A stretch of DNA of 39,167 bases, taken from positions 1 through 39,167 of the forward strand of contig DQCG01000609.1 of the NCBI GenBank assembly GCA_003533825.1, in the 5' to 3' direction. Shown piece by piece: positions 1-8,951 of this stretch. The stretch's first letter is position 1. Each line of letters starts with the position of its first letter. The position numbers and the translations under genes were made by a program. The notes beneath the pieces are model-generated. The model saw only the letters and a list, made by a program, of their open reading frames with translations, did not search any database and had not been told where the DNA came from. The DNA is from Phycisphaerales bacterium. Its GTDB lineage: Bacteria; Planctomycetota; Phycisphaerae; Sedimentisphaerales; Anaerobacaceae.

Positions 1-108
1 CTTTGGGTGTTTAAAGTGGATTATTATTTGTTTGTTCTTGCTATCAGCGCTTTAGTATTCATCGCGACATTTGTAGCAGGTGTGCTGATTCTGGATCGTC
101 TTAAATGA
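1..108 (+). CDS. 3' end of an upstream CDS truncated by the window edge; C-terminal hydrophobic helix
   Basis: Frame 1 is open from base 1 to TGA at 106-108. It reads LWVFKVDYYLFVLAISALVFIATFVAGVLILDRLK*, a TM-like helix with a short basic end. There is no start codon in the window. Confidence 0.3.
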   Translation, partial: LWVFKVDYYLFVLAISALVFIATFVAGVLILDRLK

Positions 109-118
109 GCATCCGTGT

Positions 119-421
119 TCATGAGATAATCGAGGGATAAATTGAATCGTTTACCCTCGTCCAAGGTTGAGAGTGTCTCAGAAAAGCAAGATATACAAAG
201 AGAAGCCTGACGCGGTCTCCGGCCGCAATCAAAATATAAAATAAAATGTAAAATGCAGAACTTTGGAATCCAGTCAAGATAAGATAACTCTTTATTATCG
301 AAATGTTTACATCAGCCTTGTCGATGAAAAACGCATAAAAAACAAGAACTTGACGGATTGTAGTACAAAGATATGCGTTCATAACTGTTTTGCTTGGCAT
401 CGGCAATGTTGGAGTCTCCAC
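119..421 (-). CDS. hypothetical small membrane protein (uncertain)
   Basis: 100-codon ORF in an AT-rich stretch where stop codons should be frequent. The translation has 2-3 hydrophobic segments (VLVFYAFFI, AFYILFYILIAAG, LLFVYLAFL). No recognisable family and no clear RBS. Confidence 0.25.
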   Translation of the reverse strand: METPTLPMPSKTVMNAYLCTTIRQVLVFYAFFIDKADVNISIIKSYLILTGFQSSAFYILFYILIAAGDRVRLLFVYLAFLRHSQPWTRVNDSIYPSIIS

Positions 422-522
422 AGTTGGGATTACTTTCTATAAATGCGGCCAAACGTCAACATATTTGAATAAGGGTATTCAAAGAGTGAGAGCGAACATA
501 TTGAATATGTTGGAGGTCTGAA

Positions 523-1233
523 ATGTCAAACGAATATGCCCTGAAAGACCGGTCGAAGAAGCGAAAAGAAGGAAAAGAAGCATGGCTCATTGGGCCGTTG
601 TTATTCAGGTTATATGGCCTGTTAACACGAGGAAGTTTTCGTGCTTTTATTAGGAACGTTGTTCTGCACATCGAGGGGGGAGGGCATTATTCTCGTACGA
701 TTAGGAGAATATTCTCCGTCTATCATCAAGTTGAGATCGGTATGTACACATCTGGTCCCTGTTCTTATCCCCCACGCTGTTTCCCTCGCGGCACGAAGAT
801 AGGACGTTACAGCGGAGTGTACGAAGAAACAGTACGATTTTTTGGTGCAGACCACCCTATGGATCGCATATCCACTCATGCGATCTTTTACAATCCAAGG
901 CTTGGGTATGCCAACGGTGAGGCTGACATAGAACGAAGGGGCGTGATAATCGGCAACGATGTGTTCATTGGCCATAACGTTACCATCGTGGCGAGTGCTC
1001 ACAAAATTGGGGACGGTGCTGTAGTGGGGGCCGGGTCCGTTGTTACCAGGGATGTACCTGATTATGCTGTTGTGGTCGGTAATCCCGCGAAAGTGATAAA
1101 GTACCGTTTTTCAAAGGAGACACAGCTCAAGATCAAGGCATCAAAGTGGTGGGACAAGGATATCGAAGAGCTGAGGAAGGATTTCGACAAATTCGCAATA
1201 CCATTGGAGGATGGAAAGGACATAGTTATTTAG
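523..1233 (+). CDS. hexapeptide-repeat (LbH) O-acetyltransferase, CatB/Vat-like sugar acetyltransferase
   Basis: C-terminal hexapeptide turns [55 protein letters not shown]. The N-terminal region ([30 protein letters not shown]) is typical of this acetyltransferase subgroup. Confidence 0.85.
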   Translation: MSNEYALKDRSKKRKEGKEAWLIGPLLFRLYGLLTRGSFRAFIRNVVLHIEGGGHYSRTIRRIFSVYHQVEIGMYTSGPCSYPPRCFPRGTKIGRYSGVYEETVRFFGADHPMDRISTHAIFYNPRLGYANGEADIERRGVIIGNDVFIGHNVTIVASAHKIGDGAVVGAGSVVTRDVPDYAVVVGNPAKVIKYRFSKETQLKIKASKWWDKDIEELRKDFDKFAIPLEDGKDIVI

Positions 1234-1295
1234 CGTGATTATAGAAGTTGGTGCGATTGCTCGCAGTTGAATCGTTAGGTTAACAAGTACTAAGG

Positions 1296-3218
1296 ATGGA
1301 AGTCACACTTATGGGTATGCAGTTTGAGAATTCGGAACGGATAGGCAAGGTTTTGGTCAGACAAATTCTGGCGAATTCTAAAAGCAGTCCGATTTATAGT
1401 GACGGTCCAGTTGAAAAAGAGCTGCGCTATGGGTTCAAGGGCAATCCAAATTACGGTGATATCGATAATGGCTATACATTTCCCTCGTGGGCTCATGAGT
1501 ATCACCTTTCCCCTGTTCGGCGTAATTTGCTGGAGTGGTTTCCGTTCGATCCTGACGGATGCGCTCTCGAGATTGGAGCGGGGTGCGGCGCCCTCACAGG
1601 GCTTCTATGCAGAAAGCTCAAACGTGTCACAGCGTTGGAGTACAGCCGTCAAAGGGCGTTAGTGGTTGCCCAGCGGCATTCTACCAATGCGAATCTCGAT
1701 GTTGTTGTTTGTGGATTTCAGGATTTTGAAACGCAGAATCGATTTGACTACATCACAGTCATCGGTGTTTTAGAATATGCCGGCAAATTCTATGGAGGCA
1801 GGAATCCTTATGAATCTTTTTTGTCCAGGTCGCGAAAACTGCTAAATCCCAATGGTGTCCTGATTCTTGCGATAGAGAACAAAATTGGCTTGAAATATAT
1901 TACCGGTGCACCAGAGGACCATACCGGCCGCGTCTTTGATTCAATATATGACTATCCATTTGATAACGGAATCCGAACATTTTGCAAGAACGAACTAACA
2001 GATTTATTAAATTCAGCCGGATTTCACAATCAAAGCTGGTATTATCCCTTACCCGATTACAAAATGCCGAAAGTGATTCTATCAGACCAGATTGTGCCTG
2101 GCGATTTGGATTCCGTGTGGGATTTGTACCCGGCTAAGACAGGGACTGTTCCTCGTAAAGAGATCATAGCGGAAAAACGGTTCGCAAAGACTATGGCACG
2201 CGCGGGTCTATTTGGCGAGCTGGCGAACTCATTTCTGGTAATCTGTACAATGAATGACACATCTGAAAGCACCCGGTGCTTACGCTTTGAAGGTGCCAAT
2301 TTAGGTAGAAAGGCCGAATTCAGGACTAATAAACGGATACTTATCGATGGTAGCAAAAAGACATTTGTCAAAAGTGCAGACAATAGGCAATCGGAGCAGT
2401 TCTTACGAGGATTTGTTGAAAGAGAAGCCTTAGCCAAAGAGTTTTTTCTCGGTCAAGCAGAAGTTGTCAGTGCCAGATTGGAAGGTTCCAACTTGTATTA
2501 TCCCTATTTGAATACGTCCAATCTGGAGGAGTTGATTGCCAGGGCTATTACGAGCGGGGCTTCAGATTCTGGAAAATCTCTGATCAGAGACTATATGCGA
2601 TTTATACGGAGTCTGCCTTCGCAATCCTGTGTTCCAGAGGAATTCATGCAAGAATTTAATATTCCCTCTGCCGAAATTTCTGAACCCGTGACTTGCTTTA
2701 CGTGTGCTCCTATCGACTGTATTCCCCGTAATGTAATGGTTGGGGAAAAAGAATGGTACGTTATTGACTTTGAGTGGATGTATGGCTTCGCAATGCCTGT
2801 GGATTTATTAGTTTACCGTGCGATCTTCTCGCTTGTATGTGACCTTCAGCCACAGATTCAAGCCGGGGCGTCAGAAAAGCGGCCGGTTGCCCTGTTTTCG
2901 GGATATATGGATCCCCATTATGTTCCATTATCATGGTTAGACATGCTCAGGGAGCTTGAGATACCCTTGAAACGTTTGTCGGTTTGGACCTCTATATTTC
3001 AAAACAGAGCAATGCTGAGACATTCTTCACCTCCCAGAATTAGGCTCAAGTCAAATAACAGAGCACTCACCCACGTGAAGATTAGTGAAATAAGAACCGA
3101 GAACGAGAAGCTTTACCGTTTGCGTCAATTTCTGTGTAAGGTTGCACGCTATGCTTTGCGCGGAAAAAGACAACAGAAAAAAGCAAAAGGCAATTTTCGC
3201 TTCAAGAATCCGACTTAA
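1296..3218 (+). CDS. bifunctional-looking class I SAM methyltransferase + protein-kinase-like phosphotransferase domain (WbdD-like architecture)
   Basis: SAM motif I ALEIGAGCGALTG (about nt 1567-1600) and the downstream DYITVIGVLEY / GVLILAIEN motifs. The C-terminal half carries an APH/kinase-like catalytic loop and metal-binding motif, APIDCIPRNVMVGEKEWYVIDFEW (about nt 2705-2780). Basic C-terminal tail RGKRQQKKAKGNFRFK. The start could also be ATG 1311. Confidence 0.8.
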   Translation: MEVTLMGMQFENSERIGKVLVRQILANSKSSPIYSDGPVEKELRYGFKGNPNYGDIDNGYTFPSWAHEYHLSPVRRNLLEWFPFDPDGCALEIGAGCGALTGLLCRKLKRVTALEYSRQRALVVAQRHSTNANLDVVVCGFQDFETQNRFDYITVIGVLEYAGKFYGGRNPYESFLSRSRKLLNPNGVLILAIENKIGLKYITGAPEDHTGRVFDSIYDYPFDNGIRTFCKNELTDLLNSAGFHNQSWYYPLPDYKMPKVILSDQIVPGDLDSVWDLYPAKTGTVPRKEIIAEKRFAKTMARAGLFGELANSFLVICTMNDTSESTRCLRFEGANLGRKAEFRTNKRILIDGSKKTFVKSADNRQSEQFLRGFVEREALAKEFFLGQAEVVSARLEGSNLYYPYLNTSNLEELIARAITSGASDSGKSLIRDYMRFIRSLPSQSCVPEEFMQEFNIPSAEISEPVTCFTCAPIDCIPRNVMVGEKEWYVIDFEWMYGFAMPVDLLVYRAIFSLVCDLQPQIQAGASEKRPVALFSGYMDPHYVPLSWLDMLRELEIPLKRLSVWTSIFQNRAMLRHSSPPRIRLKSNNRALTHVKISEIRTENEKLYRLRQFLCKVARYALRGKRQQKKAKGNFRFKNPT

Positions 3219-3345
3219 ATACATTAAAGAGGATTGTATTACGCGGACCGACGAGGCCGTTGCAACCAATCGTCAAACCGGATAGATGGCATCAAGCCGA
3301 TAATGTGAAAAGGCCTGCCATAAGTTCGGACGAATTTGAACTACA

Positions 3346-4683
3346 ATGCAAAGTGTAACTTTAACATTTGCCCTTATTGTCTGTGTGTTGGTTATATCCT
3401 TGCGCCCGAAGTATGCCCTGGCCGCATACATTACCGCTTTGTTGTGGTATCCCAGCTTTCTGGCGGTGAGCATAGGCACTATTGACATATTAGTCGGTCG
3501 TTTTGTAGTTGCCGTACTGCTTCTTCGGTGCTTGTGTGAAGATAAGATTCGGGGCAAGTTTATCTGGTCTCGACTGGATACACTTGTTACGCTTAGTATG
3601 GTCGTGTACGTTGGGGCATATTTTATCTCCCAAACCATGACTTTTGGAGTTGCTGTAGAAAGCCGGGGCGGCTATTTAATGGATACCTGGTGTGCTTATC
3701 TGGCTACCCGGTTTATCGTGACCGACAGGTCGAAACTCATATCTGTTATAAAATGTATTAGCATTGTCCTGGTTCCTCTCGCCATATTGGGTGTGATCGA
3801 ATCAGTTACCCACTGGCAGCCGTTTGCCCCTTTATGGGTTTATTCTCCGTGGTTCAGAGGCGGACGGTTCATTTCAGAAGGGCGTTTTGGATTTGCCAGG
3901 GCGGTTGGGCCGTTTAGTATGGCCATTTTGTTTGGCGGTGCTTTTGCCATGTTTTTGCCTCTTGTATATTATTTGCGTTACGAAAAAAAGGAATGGCACA
4001 CCTTAGCTTATATTCTTTCAGGAATCGCGCTGCTCGGTGCTTTGAGCAGTATGTCCAGCGGGCCATGGGTTATGGTGATTGTGGTGATTTTCTGCCTGGT
4101 AATGGAAAGGCATAAGAAATTCGTAAAGCCGCTGTTCATATTACTTGTAGTCATGTGCTTATCCATTGGAATTGCAAGTAACAGGCCTTTCTATCATGTC
4201 ATAGCTTCCTGGGCGAACCCACTGGGCGGTGCCGGCTGGCACCGGGCGAAACTTATTGACATTGCTATCGAACATTTCAGTGAATGGTGGATGATTGGCT
4301 ATGGTGACAAAGATCCCGGTTGGGGCCCCCAGCTTGGTATGGGATTTTCGGATATTACAAATGAGTATATTATCAAAGGTGTCAGGTATGGTCTTCTTGG
4401 CATAATAGCACTTTGTGCAGTACTTGCAAAGGCCTTTCGCGATGTGATATCCACATACAGGAAAGTGAAACAGCCAGCCATGAAATCTTTGTGTTGGGCT
4501 TTCGGAAGTCTGTTGTTTTCCGTTACAATAGCCTGGATGTCTGTCAGTTTCTTTGGGCAATTAACGACGCTCTTATATTGTTCTCTTGGAATGATTGGTT
4601 CTTTGAGTAGTCCCAAATTCAACTGGCAGATCCCCAATAGAATTTCTCTGGTGCGGAATCGTCCCGCCCGGATGGTTTCTTGA
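3346..4683 (+). CDS. O-antigen ligase/polymerase-like (Wzy_C-type) integral membrane protein
   Basis: About 10 or more hydrophobic helices. A large loop, NRPFYHVIASWANPLGGAGWHRAKLIDIAIEHFSEWWMIGYG, resembles the conserved Wzy_C/O-antigen-ligase loop with its His/Arg residues. Located in an EPS locus. Confidence 0.75.
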   Translation: MQSVTLTFALIVCVLVISLRPKYALAAYITALLWYPSFLAVSIGTIDILVGRFVVAVLLLRCLCEDKIRGKFIWSRLDTLVTLSMVVYVGAYFISQTMTFGVAVESRGGYLMDTWCAYLATRFIVTDRSKLISVIKCISIVLVPLAILGVIESVTHWQPFAPLWVYSPWFRGGRFISEGRFGFARAVGPFSMAILFGGAFAMFLPLVYYLRYEKKEWHTLAYILSGIALLGALSSMSSGPWVMVIVVIFCLVMERHKKFVKPLFILLVVMCLSIGIASNRPFYHVIASWANPLGGAGWHRAKLIDIAIEHFSEWWMIGYGDKDPGWGPQLGMGFSDITNEYIIKGVRYGLLGIIALCAVLAKAFRDVISTYRKVKQPAMKSLCWAFGSLLFSVTIAWMSVSFFGQLTTLLYCSLGMIGSLSSPKFNWQIPNRISLVRNRPARMVS

Positions 4684-4757
4684 ATTCGTACCGACTGGTA
4701 AGCAACTGATGGCGGAAACACAGGTGATTTACTCGTTACATATTCACATACATAGTC

Positions 4758-5183
4758 GTGAGCGTAATAAATTCTCAGCAAGACCAGCAGGTTAATTTAC
4801 AGATTGTAGAGGGCGCAGATGGTATTTCCGAATTTGGAGAACACCGGGACGATTTGTTTGATCGTGTTGCGGATGCAACGCCGTTTCTCTCGCGCTTATG
4901 GGCAAGCACATTTGTTCGGGAAGCAAGGATACGGGGCACTCCGGTGTTTGTACTTGCATGGTGCGGAACCAAACTTGTGGTCCTGCTTCCTCTTGCAGTT
5001 CGTAGATGTCTGGATGCAAAAATAGCTGTGCCTATAGGTACAGGTCAATGGGCTTGGGGGAACATGCTCGGCGGCGTTTATTTCATTCTGTGGCACCTGG
5101 CAAGAATAAAATGGTTAAGACCGTTATATAATCACGCAGAAAGAATTTTATATCGTTTCAAACAAGAAACGGCGAATGTTTAA
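4758..5183 (+). pseudogene. probable truncated remnant of a FemAB/CelD-like GNAT (N-terminal third only)
   Basis: GTG-initiated 141-aa ORF. ATPFLSRLWASTFVRE...PVFVLAWCGTKLVVLLPLAVRR...IAVPIGTGQ matches the N-terminal region of CelD/FemAB-like (Acetyltransf_6-type) proteins. The ORF then diverges and stops, with no acetyltransferase core. A full-length paralogue starts 15 nt downstream. Confidence 0.4.
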
Positions 5184-5197
5184 AACAGAGATTCTCG

Positions 5198-6460
5198 ATG
5201 AGTTATAAAAAAGAATCTGAAATTCAGTCTTGTGATGGATGGAAAATAGTTGTTGCGAAAAACTTCAGAGAAATCGAAGCTATCCGTCCGATATGGGAGC
5301 AAATGCAGCGCGGCGAATCTGCGCCGTCGATCAATGCTGATATAGATCGTTATCTCTCCGTCCTGGAGGCTATGAAAGAAGCGGCTCAACCGTACGTAAT
5401 CGTTCTCTATCAAGACGGCGATCCGAAAGCAATGGTAATGGGTCGTATTGAAACACGACAAATTACATGCCGAATAGGGTACGCGACAATATTCAAGCCT
5501 TCATTGCGTTGCTTATCCGTTGTCTATGGAGGTATTCTCGGTCAGCCAGACGAAAATGTCAGTGCTGTACTGGTAAAGGAGTTGATGAATCTTCTAAGGC
5601 AGCGAAAGGTAGGAGCGATCTTCTTCAATTATTTGCGTACTGATTCAAATATATACAAGGCTGTTAGCGGAGTACCGGGTTTCTGGGAACGAAACCATTT
5701 CCCTACAATCCAACAACATTGGGAGACACAGATACCCAGTTCATCAGATGAAATGAACAGACTAATTTCCAGGAAACGACAACGCAAGATAAACCGTTGC
5801 ATCAGAAATCTTGAGAAAGAATATGGTTCTCTAAAGGTTGAGTGCTATCGTCAAAAGAAAGATATTGATGTCTTTGTGAGAATGGCTTCTCAGATATCAT
5901 CATTTTCATACCAGGCAGGCTTAGGCTTTAGATTTGTTTATGACCGATTGACGCGATCAATTCTGAAGCAATCGCAGAGGGATGGATGGCTCCGAGCCTA
6001 TGTGCTCTATGCAGGTAGTGAGCCAATTGCGTTCGAGTACGGTTGTGTCATAGGGGATAGGTATTTCGCCGAGAGTGCAGCCTACGATGCGCGTTTCAGG
6101 GTATATGGCCCAGGAACGATACTCCAAGTAAAAACATTCGAGCAGCTTACTCTGGAAAACAGTGTTGCCACCTATGACTATGGCTTCGGGGACGCCATAT
6201 ACAAGCAGCAGTTCGGTAACTTTTCTTGGCCGGAAGCATCTGTGTATATATTCGCACATGCATTATATCCTATCATCATAAATCTGTTGTACTCATCTGT
6301 CAAGGGTTTGTCGATTGGGTCAGCAAGCCTCATGGAGAGACTTAAACTCACTGCCAAGATCAAAAGATGGTGGAGAAATTACCTCTTATGGTTTAGTCGG
6401 AGAAGCGAGAAAAAAAATATCAAAAGTAGGAGCGGTAGAAATGAGCATGTCAATCAATAG
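5198..6460 (+). CDS. FemAB/CelD-like GNAT-fold acyltransferase (Acetyltransf_6-type; PEP-CTERM-locus FemAB-related type)
   Basis: N-terminal WKIVVAKNFREIEAIRPIWEQMQ. C-terminal core LRAYVLYAGSEPIAFEYGCVIGDRYFAESAAYDARFRVYGPGTILQVKTFEQL...YDYGFGDAIYKQQF, typical of this family. Confidence 0.75.
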   Translation: MSYKKESEIQSCDGWKIVVAKNFREIEAIRPIWEQMQRGESAPSINADIDRYLSVLEAMKEAAQPYVIVLYQDGDPKAMVMGRIETRQITCRIGYATIFKPSLRCLSVVYGGILGQPDENVSAVLVKELMNLLRQRKVGAIFFNYLRTDSNIYKAVSGVPGFWERNHFPTIQQHWETQIPSSSDEMNRLISRKRQRKINRCIRNLEKEYGSLKVECYRQKKDIDVFVRMASQISSFSYQAGLGFRFVYDRLTRSILKQSQRDGWLRAYVLYAGSEPIAFEYGCVIGDRYFAESAAYDARFRVYGPGTILQVKTFEQLTLENSVATYDYGFGDAIYKQQFGNFSWPEASVYIFAHALYPIIINLLYSSVKGLSIGSASLMERLKLTAKIKRWWRNYLLWFSRRSEKKNIKSRSGRNEHVNQ

Positions 6461-7109
6461 TCAGAATGGTATAACGATCCGACGCGCGCATCTCAGTGAC
6501 ATACCTTATCTACTGAAAATCTGTAGAAAGTGTTTCTCACGTATTCAATGGCGAGGAGTATCTAGTTATGTAAGGCCCTGGTGGCAGGCGGCAATAACTT
6601 CCGAAGCGGCCGACGTGTGTGTTGCACAGTACAAGGGCCGAGTTATTGCATTTGCCGTGCTGGTTAAGGATGAGGAGCTTTGGAGAAAACAGAAGAAACG
6701 AGGTGAAGGTCCATTCATGTCCCACTTGCTATCCTGTATTGTCTGCCCAGTTCTTACGTTTAAGGCCTTATGTATAAAAGTAGCTCGACTGATGGTTGGG
6801 AATGAAGACCAACTGCAATCTTCAATAGGGATGTCATACAAACGAACCTGGCTTGAAATACTTGCAGTTATGCCACGGGAACAAGGACGTGGAATAGCTA
6901 AGCTACTTTTGTGCGAATGCGAATCACTTACTAAAAACGAAGGTTGTGATGCTATCAGACTTATGGTTACAAAATCTAACAAACGTGCGATTCGATTGTA
7001 CAAAAAGATGGGATATCAAAAGACCACTGAGAATTCTGAGGGAGAATTTTATATGAAGGTGTTGAATTCCGGATGTCAAGTTGGCATAGTGTCTAATTCA
7101 GAAAATTAA
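6441..7109 (+). CDS. GNAT family N-acetyltransferase
   Basis: ITIRRAHLSDIPYLLKI start of the fold. The acetyl-CoA motif A context is LAVMPREQGRGIAKLLL, followed by AIRLYKKMGY. I chose ATG 6441, preceded by AGGAG at 6428-6432, over the longer 6315 ORF, which would overlap the upstream gene by 146 nt. Confidence 0.8.
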   Translation: MSMSINSQNGITIRRAHLSDIPYLLKICRKCFSRIQWRGVSSYVRPWWQAAITSEAADVCVAQYKGRVIAFAVLVKDEELWRKQKKRGEGPFMSHLLSCIVCPVLTFKALCIKVARLMVGNEDQLQSSIGMSYKRTWLEILAVMPREQGRGIAKLLLCECESLTKNEGCDAIRLMVTKSNKRAIRLYKKMGYQKTTENSEGEFYMKVLNSGCQVGIVSNSEN

Positions 7110-7295
7110 TTTATCATTGTGACTATCTTTTTCTCCTCAATAAAACCACATAGATGCTGTAAATTGGATAAAACGGCACTGGCGCAACTTGTTGCTGCCA
7201 AAGAAACAATCAGCCAGGGATTGAGGAGGTAATACGAAATTTCACTTGTATGGGCCAGTCTGATTATCTTCGTAGTCGTCTTTGTTTATGCGGGT

Positions 7296-7940
7296 GTGCC
7301 CCTGATCCATGGAAGAATCTCGCGACTTATGCTCAGACGCAAAGCTGTCGAGTCGAATGCGGTTGTATTGACGTTCGACGATGGTCCCGGCAGTAGATTA
7401 ACTACTGAACTTCTGATTGTACTTGCCGAGAGCAAAGCGAAGGCAACCTTTTTTATGCTTGGCAGAAATATTGCGGGCCGGGAGGTAATTGTCAAACAGA
7501 TCGCACAGCAGGGACATGATATCTGTTCTCATGGTTACGACCATTTACACTCATGGAAGGTCTCGCCGTTTCGTGCCTTGGCGGATATAAGACGCGGATG
7601 GGCGGCGATTGACGCTGCTTTGGGAACGGGGCGGCGAAAGTATCCGTTTCGTCCGCCTAATGGTAAATTAAACATTATTAGTCTGTTGTATTTGATTTTT
7701 TTACAGGTGCCGATTGTCTATTGGTCGATTGATTCGGGGGATACGTGGCGGGACATACCGAACAGCGACAGGATAGCTTTGTTAGTAAAAAAGACAGGGG
7801 GAATGGTGTCTTTAGCCCATGACTTCGATCGTTCTGATGACAGCAGGAGACAATTCGTCATTGAGTCTACCCGCTCGGCCCTTGCGGCGGCCAAAGAAAA
7901 AAATATGCCTGTCCTGACTGTCTCGGAATTATTCAAGTAG
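7296..7940 (+). CDS. polysaccharide deacetylase (NodB homology domain, CE4-like)
   Basis: NodB motifs VLTFDDGP, CSHGYDHLH and FRPPNGK. GTG 7296 is the first canonical start, but the in-frame upstream sequence encodes a TM helix (see findings), so the true start may lie upstream. Confidence 0.85.
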   Translation: MPLIHGRISRLMLRRKAVESNAVVLTFDDGPGSRLTTELLIVLAESKAKATFFMLGRNIAGREVIVKQIAQQGHDICSHGYDHLHSWKVSPFRALADIRRGWAAIDAALGTGRRKYPFRPPNGKLNIISLLYLIFLQVPIVYWSIDSGDTWRDIPNSDRIALLVKKTGGMVSLAHDFDRSDDSRRQFVIESTRSALAAAKEKNMPVLTVSELFK

Positions 7941-7951
7941 GTATTCCTAAC

Positions 7952-8890
7952 GTGGATGTGTCAATAATCATAGTCAACTGGAACACGAAAAAACTCCTTC
8001 GAGACTGTCTTGAATCGGTGTATGAGGAAGCGGGCGATATCGATTACGAAGTGATTGTCGTCGATAATGCCTCAGTGGACGGTTCGGCGGAGATGGTCAG
8101 GAATGACTTCCGGCGGGTAATTCTGATAGAAAATCAGGAGAACCGGGGTTTTGCCGCAGCAAACAACCAGGCGATGGCTGTTGCCAAAGGACGATATATA
8201 CTCCTGCTTAACAGTGATACGGTTGTTTTGGAGAACGCTATAGCAAATACCGTTCAGTTTGCCGATGCCCATCCCGATGCGGGAGTCACAGGTTGCAGGG
8301 TACTGAATCTGGATGGCACCGTACAGCGGACGTGTTTCATGTTTCCCTCGATATTGAATATACTGTTGTCGAGCACTTATCTATACAAATTCTTCCCGAA
8401 AAGCAAATTCTTCGGACGTGAGCAAATGACCTGGTGGGACAGAAGCGACGTGCGACAGGTGGATGTTGTCACCGGATGCTTCATGCTTGTCAGGCGGGAG
8501 GCAATTGATCAGGTTGGTATGATGGACGAGCGGTTTTTCATGTACGGCGAAGAAACCGACTGGTGTTATCGATTTGGCAAGAAGGGGTGGAAAGTTATGT
8601 TTGCCCCGGTTGGCCAGATCATTCATTTCGGTGGTCAAAGCGCCTCGCAAAAACCTGTGGCTATGATTGTTCAATTAAGGCTGAGCATTCTCAAATTTAT
8701 AAGAAAGCATAACGGCTGGCTGTCGCATCTGATCGCACGTTTTCTGATAGCCTTTTTTTTCGCCGTTCGTCTTCCGGCATGGTTCGCTGTGTTTTCTTTC
8801 CGGCCGGGCGTAAGGAGTAAAGCATCCGTCAAAATGCAAGCGTACTCCAGCGGTATTGTAGATGTTCTTTTTGGTCGGATTGATCCGTAA
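7952..8890 (+). CDS. family 2 glycosyltransferase (rhamnosyltransferase-like GT2)
   Basis: VSIIIVNWN, VVDNASVDGS, NRGFAAANN, LLLNSDT, GCFMLVRREA and FFMYGEETDWCYR. C-terminal hydrophobic tail. Confidence 0.9.
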   Translation: MDVSIIIVNWNTKKLLRDCLESVYEEAGDIDYEVIVVDNASVDGSAEMVRNDFRRVILIENQENRGFAAANNQAMAVAKGRYILLLNSDTVVLENAIANTVQFADAHPDAGVTGCRVLNLDGTVQRTCFMFPSILNILLSSTYLYKFFPKSKFFGREQMTWWDRSDVRQVDVVTGCFMLVRREAIDQVGMMDERFFMYGEETDWCYRFGKKGWKVMFAPVGQIIHFGGQSASQKPVAMIVQLRLSILKFIRKHNGWLSHLIARFLIAFFFAVRLPAWFAVFSFRPGVRSKASVKMQAYSSGIVDVLFGRIDP

Positions 8891-8951
8891 AAGGGCGCCT
8901 GTGCACAGCAAGACCGGGTGTTGTCTTGAAGTCAAGAGAATAGGGGATGAT

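Noticed and set aside
1399-1662. 87-aa alternative-frame ORF inside the methyltransferase gene
   Set aside because: The SAM-binding motif is in the main frame, and the overlapping frame has no features.
6315-6440. 42-codon upstream extension of the GNAT ORF
   Set aside because: It overlaps the FemAB/CelD-like gene by 146 nt. ATG 6441 has an AGGAG RBS, and the GNAT fold begins right after it.
8862-8951. 30-codon upstream extension of the secreted-protein ORF, overlapping the GT2 gene end
   Set aside because: ATG 8952 gives a proper signal-peptide N-terminus (basic n-region then a hydrophobic core). The extension overlaps the GT2 stop region and adds no motif.
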